Origin: an uncultured bacterium
GTDB taxonomy: Bacteria; Elusimicrobiota; Elusimicrobia; Elusimicrobiales; Elusimicrobiaceae
Assembly: GCA_949294095.1 (NCBI GenBank)
Contig: CASFFZ010000012.1
Span: forward strand, 79,336 to 143,335
Reading direction: 5' to 3'
DNA length: 64,000 nucleotides
Part shown: positions 54,943-64,000 of the stretch, one piece after another
Layout of the letters: each line of letters starts with the position of its first letter
Position numbering within the stretch: the stretch's first letter is position 1
The notes under the pieces: generated by a model
Databases searched by the model: none
The model's input: the letters and a program-made list of their open reading frames with translations, nothing else
What the model was told of the DNA's origin: nothing
Made by a program: the position numbers and the translations under genes

Positions 54943-55038
54943 GGCCGTATGTACAGCCCCACGTGCCTGGCTCCATTCAACCGCCATTCCCCCTTTCCTC
55001 CGGGTTTTAAGGACCCTTCCGCTTCTGTACATCGGGCC
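54943..55038. repeat. 14-nt imperfect inverted repeats (GGCCGTATGTACAG / CTGTACATCGGGCC) bracketing a 68-nt C-rich core; function unknown
   Basis: Read directly from the sequence: left arm 54943-54956, right arm 55025-55038, giving 4+8 bp with a 2x2 internal mismatch. Confidence 0.6.
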
Positions 55039-55080
55039 GTTATTTTCCTTATTTCAGGGCTTTTCATTTCGCTTTCTTTA

Positions 55081-55089
55081 TGATAGTAT
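55081..55089 (+). promoter_or_regulatory. extended -10 (TGaTAGTAT) of tpiA
   Basis: It is followed by a leader of about 65 nt with SD AAGAGGA before ATG 55161. Confidence 0.4.
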
Positions 55090-55160
55090 GTTAATAGGAA
55101 GTCTCTCGCCTTAGGACGGGAGAGCGTTCTATGTACTTTTTATATAAAGAGGATTTAAAA

Positions 55161-55916
55161 ATGACCAAAAGAACACCCATCATCGCCGGAAACTGGAAAA
55201 TGCACAATACGCTGGCGGAATCCGCCGCGCTGATTACCGCGCTGACCAAAGCCGGCAACAAAAACCACGTAGAAATTATTGTAGCCCCGTCCTACACGTC
55301 GCTGGCCAAAGTGGCCGAACTGGCCAAAGGATCCGAAATTCAGGTCGCCGCGCAAGACGTACATTGGGAAGACAAAGGCGCTTTTACCAGCGCCGTTTCC
55401 CCCGTGCAGGCCAAAGACGCCGGTGCCACCCACACGTTAATCGGCCACAGCGAACGCAGAAGCGTGTTTGGCGACAGCGATGAAATTTTAAACAAAAAAG
55501 TAGCCGCCGCCCTGCGCCACGGTTTAACCGTCATCTTCTGCGTAGGGGAAACCCTGGAAGAACGCGAAGCCGGCAAAACGCTTTCCGTCATTGAAAGCCA
55601 GCTTAAAAACGGCTTGAAAGATTTTACCGAAGAACAATTAAAAGGCCTGATTATCGCCTATGAACCGGTATGGGCCATCGGCACCGGCAAAACCGCCACG
55701 CCCGACCAAGCCCAGGAAGTCCACGCCGCCATCCGCGCGTATCTGGCCAAAGCCTATTCACCGGCCTTTGCAGAAGCGACCCGCATCCTCTACGGCGGCA
55801 GCGTAAAAGACTCCAATGTAGACGAAATTATGGCCAAAGAAGACGTGGACGGCGCTTTAGTCGGCGGCCAGTCGTTGATCGCCGAAAAATTCGCCCGCAT
55901 CATCAACTTTAACTAA
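55161..55916 (+). CDS. tpiA: triosephosphate isomerase
   Basis: [22 protein letters not shown] and [10 protein letters not shown] motifs. The track start 55131 lacks an SD. Confidence 0.9.
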   Translation: MTKRTPIIAGNWKMHNTLAESAALITALTKAGNKNHVEIIVAPSYTSLAKVAELAKGSEIQVAAQDVHWEDKGAFTSAVSPVQAKDAGATHTLIGHSERRSVFGDSDEILNKKVAAALRHGLTVIFCVGETLEEREAGKTLSVIESQLKNGLKDFTEEQLKGLIIAYEPVWAIGTGKTATPDQAQEVHAAIRAYLAKAYSPAFAEATRILYGGSVKDSNVDEIMAKEDVDGALVGGQSLIAEKFARIINFN

Positions 55917-55930
55917 ACAAGGAGTTTCGT

Positions 55931-56575
55931 ATGAACCCGGCAAAACTGATTGACCACACCCTCTTAAAACCCAATGCCGCCCGGGCGGATATTCACCGCC
56001 TGTGCGAAGAAGCCCGCCAGTACGGCTTCTTCAGCGTATGCATTAACCCGGTATGGGTGGCTTACGCCAAGGAACAGCTAAAAGGCTCGGACGTAAAAGT
56101 GTGCACGGTCATCGGTTTTCCGCTGGGGGCCAACACCACGGCCGTAAAAGTATACGAAACGCAAGACGCTTTACAAAACGGCGCCGACGAGGTGGATATG
56201 GTCATCAATATCGGCGCCCTTAAAGCGCAGGATTACGACGCGGTACTGCAAGACATTCAGGCCGTGCGCCAAGCCAGCTTGGGCCATGTGTTAAAGGTGA
56301 TTATTGAAACGTCGCAGTTAACGGATGAAGAAAAAGTAAAAGCCTGTGAAATTTCCGCCCAGGCGAAAGCGGATTTTGTCAAAACCTCCACCGGGTTTAC
56401 CGGCGGCGGGGCTACGGCGCCCGACGTGGCGCTGATGCGCAAATCCGTACCGCCTTCCGTGCAGGTAAAAGCATCCGGCGGGGTTCGCTCCCGTGCGGAT
56501 TTTGATGCCATGGTAGCCGCCGGCGCCACCCGAATCGGGGCCAGCAGCGGCGTAAAAATTATTGAGGGAAAATGA
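55931..56575 (+). CDS. deoC: deoxyribose-phosphate aldolase
   Basis: 214 aa. Has IDHTLLKP, the VDMVINIG motif and FVKTSTGF (Schiff-base Lys). Confidence 0.9.
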   Translation: MNPAKLIDHTLLKPNAARADIHRLCEEARQYGFFSVCINPVWVAYAKEQLKGSDVKVCTVIGFPLGANTTAVKVYETQDALQNGADEVDMVINIGALKAQDYDAVLQDIQAVRQASLGHVLKVIIETSQLTDEEKVKACEISAQAKADFVKTSTGFTGGGATAPDVALMRKSVPPSVQVKASGGVRSRADFDAMVAAGATRIGASSGVKIIEGK

Positions 56576-59500
56576 TTAAACAGTGGGATATTATCTCCCG
56601 GTTGGATCCGAAAGACCAAAGCCGCCGCTATACGCTTGTAACGGACGGAACGGAGCATGACGCGCGCCTGATTGCCAAAAAACTGGAAGGCTACGCACAA
56701 GCGCCGCAGCCGGCCGTAGCGCCGTTTGTGTATGCGTTTGAGCTGCCCGCGGATTTGGACGAAGACACGCTGGAAAAAATCCGCACCGCCGTGCGGGAAG
56801 GCGTGGAACAAACCAATAAAATCAACCAATTTGTGCCCGGCGGCATTTTGGGAGATCCCCTGTTTAATGCGGACGTCTCCAAAGAGGATAAATCCTTCCC
56901 CACTTTTGTTACCTTGGATCCTTCGGAAAGTTTCTTCCGCACGCCGCAGGATGCACCGGCGGTTCCGCCGCAGCCGCCGCAGGAGCAAAAGCCTGTGGCC
57001 GATTTTCAGCAGCAAAGCGTAAAACTCCACGCCGAGGACACCCAATCGTCTATCGGGCTGGAAAAGCAAACGGTGTCCGCCCCGCCCGACGGCAAAACAC
57101 AATCCGGCGAAATTACCATCAGCGACAAAGACATGCTTATAAAAGACATGGAAGGAACGATGCTGGGGCAAATGCCGCTGGAAGATATTTTTTCCGCCGA
57201 AACCAAATACGATATGTTTTTGGATTTGGAAAACCAAAAACTGGTTAAAAATTCCCAAGTCCAGCGGGAACAAAAAATGAACAATTTGGCCGACGGGAAA
57301 GACAGTCTGGAAGAATCTTTCAACATTTTTGAGCAAAAAATCAAAGACCAAACCTGCATTATTGATTTGGACGATTTAAACGCCATTACCGACCGGCTGC
57401 CCAAAAAAGATATGGACTTTTTAAAACACACGGCGCACGGGGCGGCTTTGCAACAAACGCCCGCTGCGCCGGCGCCGCAACAGCCGACCGATCAGGTGGC
57501 GCCGCCGCAACAGCCCGCCGCGCCAGCCGCTTCTGAAAACGCGCCGGCCCAAGCGCCCGAAATTCCGGATTTGGCCCGGCCGGCAGACCATGAACCGGCC
57601 CCCGCTGTGGCCGAGATTACGCCCGAACCGGCGGAATCCGCCGGGGTGGAAGATCCTTTTGAACAAATTGAAAAGACCGCCCGCCTTAACACCCAAACGG
57701 GCCCGGCCGCCGGCCAAGCATCTCCGCAAAAGCCGCCGATGCCGACGGAAGCCGACGAAGAAATTTCCGCCCCGGCGCCCGCTGCAGCGGAAGAAGAGCC
57801 GCTGAATTTGGGCCCCTCGCCGCAAGAAGCCTCCGTGGCGACTTTCTCGGTTGGGAATTGCGCCCGCGGGGAAATCCCGGAAGAAGTGGCGCTCGTAAAT
57901 ACGGTTCCGCCCACGCAATATACCCGCAAAACGGTATCCCCGGAAGGGGGCGCGGAGGATCTGCCTGAAATTACGATCCGCGGGCAAAAAATAGAATCGT
58001 TGGACAAAACTTTTAATTTAGAAACTACGCTGAATACGGAAGTCATGAAGCACCAATATGAAAAATCGTTTCATGACCCTGCCGTTACGCCGGCCGTTAA
58101 ACGCCCGGCCGCTCCTTCGCAGCCGTCTGCCGCTTGTGAAAAGCCGCAGCCGCCCGCGGAACCGAAAGAAAAAAATACGCCTGTTCCAGTGCCTACGGCC
58201 GATGAACACAAGCCGGCCCGACCGCCTGCCAAGCATCCTAAAATTTTAGAGCCTGTTGACCCGGGGGAATCCACTATGGAAGAAAACCAAGAACCAAAAA
58301 CTACTTTTAGAATCAGAAGAAAAACGGATATTCCGCACGCCCCGGCGGCACCGGTTTCTCCGCCGCCTGCCGCACCGGCTGCGCCCCAACCGGCCGCTCC
58401 GGCGGCGCCGGCCGCTAAAGCACCGGCCCAACAGCCCACTCAGCCCAAGCAACCGGTTTCCAACCGCCCTGCGCCAAAGCCGGCCGCGGCCAATACCATT
58501 ATTGAAAAAACCAAAACCATTGACCATTCCATTGAAATTCCGCTCTCGGAACTTAAGAAACACAACTGGCCGCTGGAAGTGCCGTTGGTGCCTACCTATA
58601 CGCTGGAAACGATGGTCATGTCCGTCAACCGTTTTGCACACGCCACGGCCATCTCCGTCATAGAAAACCCGGGGAAATTATATAACCCCCTGGTGCTTCA
58701 CGGAGCCACGGGCACCGGCAAAACGCATTTCTTAAATGCCATGGCGTACGCATTTTCCAAAAAATACGGCCAGGAAAATATCTTTATGACCAACGGCGTG
58801 CGGCTCTCGCGCGGCATTCAGCGCTACGTCATGGAAGGCAACATTGAAAAATTTGAAAAATTTATGGACACGGTAAAAGTTCTGCTGATAGACGACATCC
58901 ACCTGCTGGCCATCAACGAGCAGAACCGTGTGTATATTTCCAAATTGCTTAATAATTTTTTGCAGGATCAAAAGCAAATTGTCATTACTTCCAAATACCC
59001 GCCCGAAAGTCTGGAAAAATTGGAAGAATTGATTAAGTTCCGCTTAGATTCCGGCTGGATTTCCGAATTAAAACCGGCCAGCGGCAGCACGCATTTTAAG
59101 ATTGTCAAAAAAATGCTGTTAGACAACGGGGTGGACTTAAACGACACGCAAATTTCCGCGTTTTTCGGCGGTCCGCATATGACGCTGGGCACGGTAACGC
59201 GCAGCATCCGCCGCTTAAAAGTACTGGAAAATTTAATTTTCCCCCACTTGCCGGAATCGGAACGTTCCCAAGCCATGATTTTTGAAAAACTGCTGGCTAC
59301 CGCCGGGGAAGACGAAACGAGCGAAGTGTTGACCCGCGACCCGGAAACGATTGCGTCTATCACCACCACCGGCAACGGGGAATGGGGACGGATTGGGTTT
59401 TTCTATCCGCAAAACAGCTCCCATATGATGAACTGGATGGTGTTTGCCCTGCAGCAGCGCGCCAAAGAGCTGGGCGTGGAAGGCGGCTTTGAAATTGCCG

Positions 59501-59757
59501 TACGCTCTTCTTACGCCACGGAAAACATCATCTCCTCCGCGTTTAAAATCGCCAACCTGTGCGACAATAAAAAGCTCAAGGGCGCCGTCATTTTAGGCCC
59601 CTCATTAACGGTGTGCGACCCGTCCGTGCGCGAGAATTTCTACGACATTCTTACGCATATGCTGGAGATTATGCTCATCCGCTGCGGCATTATTAATTAC
59701 GAAGATGCCAAATCGCCCAGCACCTATGTAAAAGTCCTTTCGGAACTGTTGAGGTAA
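56572..59757 (+). CDS. large protein: unknown N-domain + ~600-aa Pro/Ala/Gln/Glu-rich region + DnaA-type AAA+ module + unknown C-terminal domain
   Basis: 1061 aa, ATGA-coupled to deoC. Residues ~690-890 match DnaA domain III motif for motif. [19 protein letters not shown] corresponds to NPLFLYGGTGLGKTHLLHA and [10 protein letters not shown] to [20 protein letters not shown] corresponds to QIILTSDRYP and [14 protein letters not shown] to RLKSRFGWGLTVAI. Confidence 0.75.
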   Translation: MIKQWDIISRLDPKDQSRRYTLVTDGTEHDARLIAKKLEGYAQAPQPAVAPFVYAFELPADLDEDTLEKIRTAVREGVEQTNKINQFVPGGILGDPLFNADVSKEDKSFPTFVTLDPSESFFRTPQDAPAVPPQPPQEQKPVADFQQQSVKLHAEDTQSSIGLEKQTVSAPPDGKTQSGEITISDKDMLIKDMEGTMLGQMPLEDIFSAETKYDMFLDLENQKLVKNSQVQREQKMNNLADGKDSLEESFNIFEQKIKDQTCIIDLDDLNAITDRLPKKDMDFLKHTAHGAALQQTPAAPAPQQPTDQVAPPQQPAAPAASENAPAQAPEIPDLARPADHEPAPAVAEITPEPAESAGVEDPFEQIEKTARLNTQTGPAAGQASPQKPPMPTEADEEISAPAPAAAEEEPLNLGPSPQEASVATFSVGNCARGEIPEEVALVNTVPPTQYTRKTVSPEGGAEDLPEITIRGQKIESLDKTFNLETTLNTEVMKHQYEKSFHDPAVTPAVKRPAAPSQPSAACEKPQPPAEPKEKNTPVPVPTADEHKPARPPAKHPKILEPVDPGESTMEENQEPKTTFRIRRKTDIPHAPAAPVSPPPAAPAAPQPAAPAAPAAKAPAQQPTQPKQPVSNRPAPKPAAANTIIEKTKTIDHSIEIPLSELKKHNWPLEVPLVPTYTLETMVMSVNRFAHATAISVIENPGKLYNPLVLHGATGTGKTHFLNAMAYAFSKKYGQENIFMTNGVRLSRGIQRYVMEGNIEKFEKFMDTVKVLLIDDIHLLAINEQNRVYISKLLNNFLQDQKQIVITSKYPPESLEKLEELIKFRLDSGWISELKPASGSTHFKIVKKMLLDNGVDLNDTQISAFFGGPHMTLGTVTRSIRRLKVLENLIFPHLPESERSQAMIFEKLLATAGEDETSEVLTRDPETIASITTTGNGEWGRIGFFYPQNSSHMMNWMVFALQQRAKELGVEGGFEIAVRSSYATENIISSAFKIANLCDNKKLKGAVILGPSLTVCDPSVRENFYDILTHMLEIMLIRCGIINYEDAKSPSTYVKVLSELLR

Positions 59758-59759
59758 TT

Positions 59760-60209
59760 ATGAAAAAAATTCTGACCTTGGTGGCATTGCTCTGCTGCTT
59801 GGCGGGTTGCTCGGGCACGATGAAATCCGCCGTGAAAGACGGGGCGATTGCGCCTTCTTTTAATGATACACTCCTAGACAGCAACTATTTGTGGGTGCGC
59901 GGCTTTGGCGCGGCCAACCCGGCCCACACCTCCGACTCCCAACGCCGCATCATGAGCCGCGAGGCCGCCATCGCCCACGCGTATCAGCGGGCGACGGAAG
60001 TTTTGTTCGGCGCCAATTTGGAAGCGAATGTACAAGTGGTGGATGCGGTTTCTTCCGGCAGTACGATTGATACGTCCGCCCATGGCGTCATCAGCCAGAT
60101 GGAGCTGGTGTCTACCGAATATATGGACGACGGCGGCTGTGCGGTCATTATGCGCTTAGACCGCAAACGCCTCCAAGCGGCAGGCATTAACCTGGAGGGT
60201 AAAAAATAA
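59760..60209 (+). CDS. LPP20-like lipoprotein
   Basis: Lipobox LAGCSG. VRGFGAANP...QRRIMSREAAIAHAYQRATEVLFGANLEANVQV...HGVISQMELV fits the LPP20-family pattern as I remember it. Confidence 0.55.
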   Translation: MKKILTLVALLCCLAGCSGTMKSAVKDGAIAPSFNDTLLDSNYLWVRGFGAANPAHTSDSQRRIMSREAAIAHAYQRATEVLFGANLEANVQVVDAVSSGSTIDTSAHGVISQMELVSTEYMDDGGCAVIMRLDRKRLQAAGINLEGKK

Positions 60210-61315
60210 TGAAAAAACTTTTTGTACTCGCTTTCGCGGCGGCGCTCACGCTTACGGCATGCAGTTCTTTTCGCATCGGCCCCAAAGGGGAAGGGGAATA
60301 CGTGGAGGCGGAATCTTTGGTTCCCTATGATGAGAATAATTTAAAACAAATGAAAAAAGACGGAATCCTGGCCGCCCAGCGCGCCGCGGTAGAAAAGGTG
60401 GCCGGCATTTTTATTTCTTCGGCCACAACGGTAGACCAAGCCCAGCTGGTGGAGGACAAAATTGTCTCCAAAACGGCCGGTTTTATCCGCCGCAGCCATG
60501 TACAAAAATCTTACCGCAAAGGCGACGAGTACTATACCAAAATCAAAGCCATGGTGTTGGTAAAAGACATCGGGGACATCATCAAACAGTCCGAGGCGGA
60601 CGCTTTTGCCAAAAAAACCAATATCTTAATCACGTCGCGCGAAATGACCGGGGACGATATCTCCCTGCGTCAGGACTGCAAACAGGCCATCTACCGCGCC
60701 CTGAAAGACCAGCCTTTTGCCTTAATCAACGGCGATAATTTAAGCCAAAACAATATCGAAAACCCCAACCCCACTATTGACCAAGCCCGCCAGGAAGGAG
60801 CCCGTTTTGTCATCGTGGCGGACGTACAGGCCAATCCGCTGGTGGCGCTTCCGGGCACGGTTTCCCCGTTTAAATCGTACCGGGCCCGCGCCAACATCCG
60901 CGCCTACGCCACCAACAACTATGCCGTGGTGGCGGAAGGAGCCGAACAGTTAAGCGGGCTGGATCCTATGGACGAAATCGCCTCGCAAAAAGCCATTTCC
61001 GCCGCGTGCGAAGCGGCCGCCAAACAGCTGGTGGAGCCGATTAATTCGGCCATTAATTCGGCCAAAGTGTTTGATGTAACCGTCAAAGACATCGGCAACA
61101 TTGAACGCCTTAAACAAGTGCAGGACATTTTGCGCGACTTGCGCGAAATTGAAGATTTTAACTTAGTCCGCTACGCCAATTCCTCGGCGCAGTTTGAAAT
61201 CTCGGCCAATATCGGCACGCCCGAAGAGTTGGCCGCCAAAATCATCCGCAAATACAACATCAATTTTACGGTGGTTTCCATTACACCCAACGTCCTCGTA
61301 TTGAGTTTTAACTGA
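60209..61315 (+). CDS. three-domain lipoprotein, LPP20/FlgT_N-like N-domain
   Basis: Lipobox LTACSS, with a 1-nt TAATG junction to the previous gene. The N-domain is AAQRAAVEKVAGIFISSATTV...GFIRRSHV...YYTKIKAMV. The size (368 aa) and 3-domain layout recall FlgT, but this is weak. Confidence 0.5.
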   Translation: MKKLFVLAFAAALTLTACSSFRIGPKGEGEYVEAESLVPYDENNLKQMKKDGILAAQRAAVEKVAGIFISSATTVDQAQLVEDKIVSKTAGFIRRSHVQKSYRKGDEYYTKIKAMVLVKDIGDIIKQSEADAFAKKTNILITSREMTGDDISLRQDCKQAIYRALKDQPFALINGDNLSQNNIENPNPTIDQARQEGARFVIVADVQANPLVALPGTVSPFKSYRARANIRAYATNNYAVVAEGAEQLSGLDPMDEIASQKAISAACEAAAKQLVEPINSAINSAKVFDVTVKDIGNIERLKQVQDILRDLREIEDFNLVRYANSSAQFEISANIGTPEELAAKIIRKYNINFTVVSITPNVLVLSFN

Positions 61316-61316
61316 T

Positions 61317-62858
61317 ATGCTGGCCAATGTATGCACCGGCGCGATTAAAGGGATAGAAGGCTTTGCCGTTTCCGTAGAAGTAGACATCGCCGCAGGAATG
61401 CCTACATTGGCCGTTGTCGGCCTGCCGGACGCCGAAGTGCGCGAAAGCAAAGAACGCGTGGTGGCGGCCGTCCGAAACAGCGGTTTTGATTTTCCCGCCA
61501 AACGCATTACCGTAAACTTAAGCCCGGCCGAACTGCGCAAGAGCGGCACCCAGTTTGACGTGCCGATTGCCCTAGGCATTTTGGCGGCCAGCGGGCAGCT
61601 GTCCGAAGAAGCACGTGAAAAAATTTCCCGCTTTCTTGTGCTGGGGGAACTGGCGCTGGACGGCACCCTGCGCCCGTGTGCGGGCGTACTGCCTATGTTA
61701 ATTTCCTGCAAAGCCTTGGGCAAAACGGCCGTCATTCCGCCGCAAAACGTGTTGGAAGGGCAAGTGTCCGGCGTGCCGTTTATCACGCCGCATACGCTAA
61801 GGGAACTGGCGGATTTTCTGGAAGGCAAGCTGGAAGAAAGCGCCGTAAAAATGGCCTATGTGCCCCAGCCTCCGCAAGAGCCCGAAAGCGAGTTGGATTT
61901 TTCGGAAGTAAAAGGGCAAGCCTTGGCCAAACGCGCCTTGGAAATTGCGGCCGCAGGCGGGCACAACATCTTGATGATCGGCCTGCCGGGCACCGGCAAG
62001 AGCATGCTGGCCAAACGCTTCCCCGGCATTTTGCCGCCGCTGACGCAAGAAGAATCTTTGGAAATTACCAAAATTTATTCCATCTGCAATTTAATGGGCA
62101 AAAGCAGGCTCTTAACCCGCCGCCCGTTTCGCGATCCGCACCACACCATTTCCGACGTGGCCCTGATCGGCGGGGGCTCCACGCCGCGCCCGGGCGAAGT
62201 GTCCTTGGCGCACAACGGCGTGCTGTTTTTGGATGAATTTGCCGAGTTTTCCCGCTCCGCATTGGAAGTATTGCGCGAACCGCTGGAAAACGGCCGCGTA
62301 ACCATTTCCCGCGCCAAAGAAACGGTTTCCTACCCGGCGCGTTTTACGCTGGTGGCGGCCATGAACCCCTGCCCCTGCGGCCACTTGGGCGACCCGCACA
62401 CCCCCTGCACCTGCTCGCCCATGCAAATCAGCCGCTACAAGGCGCGCCTGTCGGGCCCGCTGTTAGACCGCATTGATTTAACCGTTAATTTAAACCCCGT
62501 CAAATACACGGATTGGAACCAATCCAGCGAAGGCGAAACCTCCGCCCAAATCCGCGCGCGGGTGCTGCAGGCGCGCGAAATTCAGCACCGCCGGTTTGCA
62601 GGTTCTTCCACCCCGGCTAACGCTTTTATGACGCCGCGGGAAATCAAAATGTTTTGCCCGCTGCCCGCCGGGGCAGACCGTATTTTGGAAGCGGCCATGC
62701 GCAAGTTTGGCTTAAGCGCGCGCAGTTTGGATAAAATTTTAAAAACCGCCCGCACCATCGCCGATTTGGCCGGCAAAGAACAAATTGAAACCCAGCACCT
62801 GGTGGAAGTCATGCAATACCGCCCGCTGGACAGAAAAGGAGTGGCCGACCTCGGATGA
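61317..62858 (+). CDS. comM: YifB/ComM-family Mg-chelatase-like AAA+ ATPase
   Basis: 513 aa with a Lon-like N-domain, Walker A GLPGTGKSMLA, Walker B VLFLDEF, and the CPCG...C.C zinc motif. Confidence 0.9.
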   Translation: MLANVCTGAIKGIEGFAVSVEVDIAAGMPTLAVVGLPDAEVRESKERVVAAVRNSGFDFPAKRITVNLSPAELRKSGTQFDVPIALGILAASGQLSEEAREKISRFLVLGELALDGTLRPCAGVLPMLISCKALGKTAVIPPQNVLEGQVSGVPFITPHTLRELADFLEGKLEESAVKMAYVPQPPQEPESELDFSEVKGQALAKRALEIAAAGGHNILMIGLPGTGKSMLAKRFPGILPPLTQEESLEITKIYSICNLMGKSRLLTRRPFRDPHHTISDVALIGGGSTPRPGEVSLAHNGVLFLDEFAEFSRSALEVLREPLENGRVTISRAKETVSYPARFTLVAAMNPCPCGHLGDPHTPCTCSPMQISRYKARLSGPLLDRIDLTVNLNPVKYTDWNQSSEGETSAQIRARVLQAREIQHRRFAGSSTPANAFMTPREIKMFCPLPAGADRILEAAMRKFGLSARSLDKILKTARTIADLAGKEQIETQHLVEVMQYRPLDRKGVADLG

Positions 62859-63991
62859 ACGCTTCCATCTCCGCCGCCGAACGGCTGGCACGCATTCAAT
62901 TAAACGCTTTTCTGTATTTCCGGGCGGACTGGCTGGAACGGCTGATTGAAATTTTCGGCTCCGCCCAAGAAATCTTGCGCCAAGACGCGCAAACTTTGGC
63001 GCGGGAAGCCAATTTAAACCCCTCTACCGCCGCCCATCTGCTGCGGGATGCGTTTTCCATTCATCCGCAGGAAGAATGGGACAAAACCGCCGCCTTGGGC
63101 GGGCACATCTATATTCCCGAAGACGAAGAATACCCCCAATCGCTAAGAAATATCAAAGAGGCCCCCATTGCACTTTATGTTTTAGGCCGCCTGCCCGCGC
63201 CCGAACAAGCCTGCACCGCACTGGTGGGTACGCGCAAAATTACGCCCTACGGGCGGCGCGTGGCCGCCAAATTGGCGGGAGACTTGTCCGCCTGCGGCGT
63301 AACGGTCGTAAGCGGGCTGGCCCGCGGGGTGGACAGCGAATGCCACGCCGCCGCGGTGCGCCTGCAAAAACCGACGGTGGGCGTGATCGGCACGGGCGTG
63401 GGGCGCTGCTACCCGCCGGAAAACCGCGCCTTGGAAAAAGCCATTTTGCAGCACGGCGGGGCCATCGTCAGCGAGCTGCCGTTTAACAGCCCGCCCAATG
63501 CATTCCACTTTCCGCGCCGAAACCGCATCATTGCGGCGTTGTCGCAGCCGGTGGTGGTAATAGAAGGGGAAATCAAATCCGGCGCCCTGATCACCGCCAA
63601 GCTGGCCTTGGAAATGGGCAAAGACGTGCTGGCCGTCCCCGGGCCGATAGACAGCCCGCAGTCCGCCGGCCCCAATGCCCTCATCCGGGACGGGGCGGGG
63701 GTTGTAACCGCCGTGTCAGATATACTAGACTATATACCACAGCAACTGCGCTTTGGGCTGGATGCGCGCTTTTTTGAAAAGAAGGATGATTCCGCCCCCA
63801 AACCGCAAGAGGAACTGACCCCGCGCCAGCGCGAGGTGATGAACGCCGTGGGCGGCAGTCAGGCCAGTTTAGACCAAATTGCCGAGGCTCTCGGCGCGGA
63901 TGTGCCGGAAACGGCCTCCCTGCTGTTTGAACTGGAAGTAAAAGGCTTCCTGGCCTGTGAAAACGGCCTCTACAGCAAAAGCAAATTTTAA
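62855..63991 (+). CDS. dprA: DNA-processing protein DprA (Smf)
   Basis: 378 aa, ATGA-coupled to comM. Has the Rossmann-like core GTRKITPYG...VVSGLARGVDS...AVPGPIDS and a C-terminal winged-helix-like tail. Confidence 0.9.
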   Translation: MNASISAAERLARIQLNAFLYFRADWLERLIEIFGSAQEILRQDAQTLAREANLNPSTAAHLLRDAFSIHPQEEWDKTAALGGHIYIPEDEEYPQSLRNIKEAPIALYVLGRLPAPEQACTALVGTRKITPYGRRVAAKLAGDLSACGVTVVSGLARGVDSECHAAAVRLQKPTVGVIGTGVGRCYPPENRALEKAILQHGGAIVSELPFNSPPNAFHFPRRNRIIAALSQPVVVIEGEIKSGALITAKLALEMGKDVLAVPGPIDSPQSAGPNALIRDGAGVVTAVSDILDYIPQQLRFGLDARFFEKKDDSAPKPQEELTPRQREVMNAVGGSQASLDQIAEALGADVPETASLLFELEVKGFLACENGLYSKSKF

Positions 63992-64000
63992 ATTGATAAG

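Noticed and set aside
54900-55060. SRP (4.5S) RNA or 6S RNA in the pilin/tpiA intergenic region
   Set aside because: The end-pairing hairpin shape prompted the idea. Neither strand has the GGAA-capped helix 8 with the conserved GGAAGCAGC motif, and the 96-nt unit is too short and too poorly paired internally for 6S RNA.
54920-55114. 64-aa ORF with an AAGGA 7 nt upstream
   Set aside because: It runs through the tpiA promoter, uses codons rare in neighbouring genes (agg, ata, tta), and has no recognisable features. It is kept only as a remote small-protein possibility.
56257-57351. 364-aa minus-strand ORF spanning the deoC/giant-ORF junction
   Set aside because: Antisense to two well-supported plus-strand genes. 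It is low-complexity and Arg/Phe-rich, with no SD.
57421-58641. Several 120-190-aa ORFs on both strands inside the Pro/Ala-rich part of the giant ORF
   Set aside because: A GC-rich, repetitive CCG/GCC-type codon composition keeps several frames open. Only the 56572 frame is continuous into the AAA+ module.
1-64000. CRISPR arrays, rRNA operons, IS elements, prophage or toxin-antitoxin pairs
   Set aside because: Scanning intergenic regions and short ORFs revealed no spaced direct repeats, no transposase, integrase or recombinase motifs, and no small two-gene cassettes. The only repeats are terminator hairpins, the shared pilin N-terminal codons and low-complexity Pro/Ala tracts.

Overview
This is a 64-kb chromosomal window, mostly housekeeping, from a GC-rich diderm bacterium; lipid A, BamA, Skp and TolC genes are all present. 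I call 59 protein-coding genes, one tRNA-Thr(UGU), about 15 hairpin+T-run terminators and a set of extended -10 promoters. I saw no rRNA, CRISPR array, transposase, integrase or phage genes. Gene blocks, left to right: AddB-like (partial) / sixA-uppP / proB-proA-proC / HK-RR-rsmD-Cas4-like nuclease / PBP1A, mfd-ppiC-surA-pdxA / birA-oadGAB / GT8 / nth plus a metal ABC importer / eamA-thrC / DUF4912-GH57 branching enzyme / greA / S1 protease / two large unknowns / a six-gene envelope operon / pilin-like gene / exported TldD-TldE pair / tRNA-Thr-terC / rpmB / bamA-skp-lpxD-lpxC-fabZ-lpxA-lpxI / pilin-like gene / tpiA-deoC-(DnaA-like giant ORF)-two lipoproteins-comM-dprA. The recurring prepilin-type N-termini ([23 protein letters not shown]) together with LpxI and Na+-pumping oxaloacetate decarboxylase suggest an Elusimicrobiota-like lineage, but that is inference only. 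Best candidates for something undescribed: (1) the envelope operon at 36.1-41.2 kb, which has a lipoprotein, a small beta-barrel, an output-less 2TM-HAMP protein, TolC, a lipidated patatin lipase and a TPR lipoprotein, but no inner-membrane pump or adaptor. (2) A 1061-aa protein (56572-59757) that carries a DnaA-type AAA+ module behind about 690 aa of Pro/Ala/Gln-rich sequence, lacks DnaA domains I and IV, and is followed by LPP20-like and FlgT-like lipoproteins. (3) A repeated leaderless-mRNA promoter architecture. (4) An unexplained 184-nt C-rich intergenic block bracketed by 14-nt inverted repeats. All functional calls rest on motif recognition by eye; no database search was possible.
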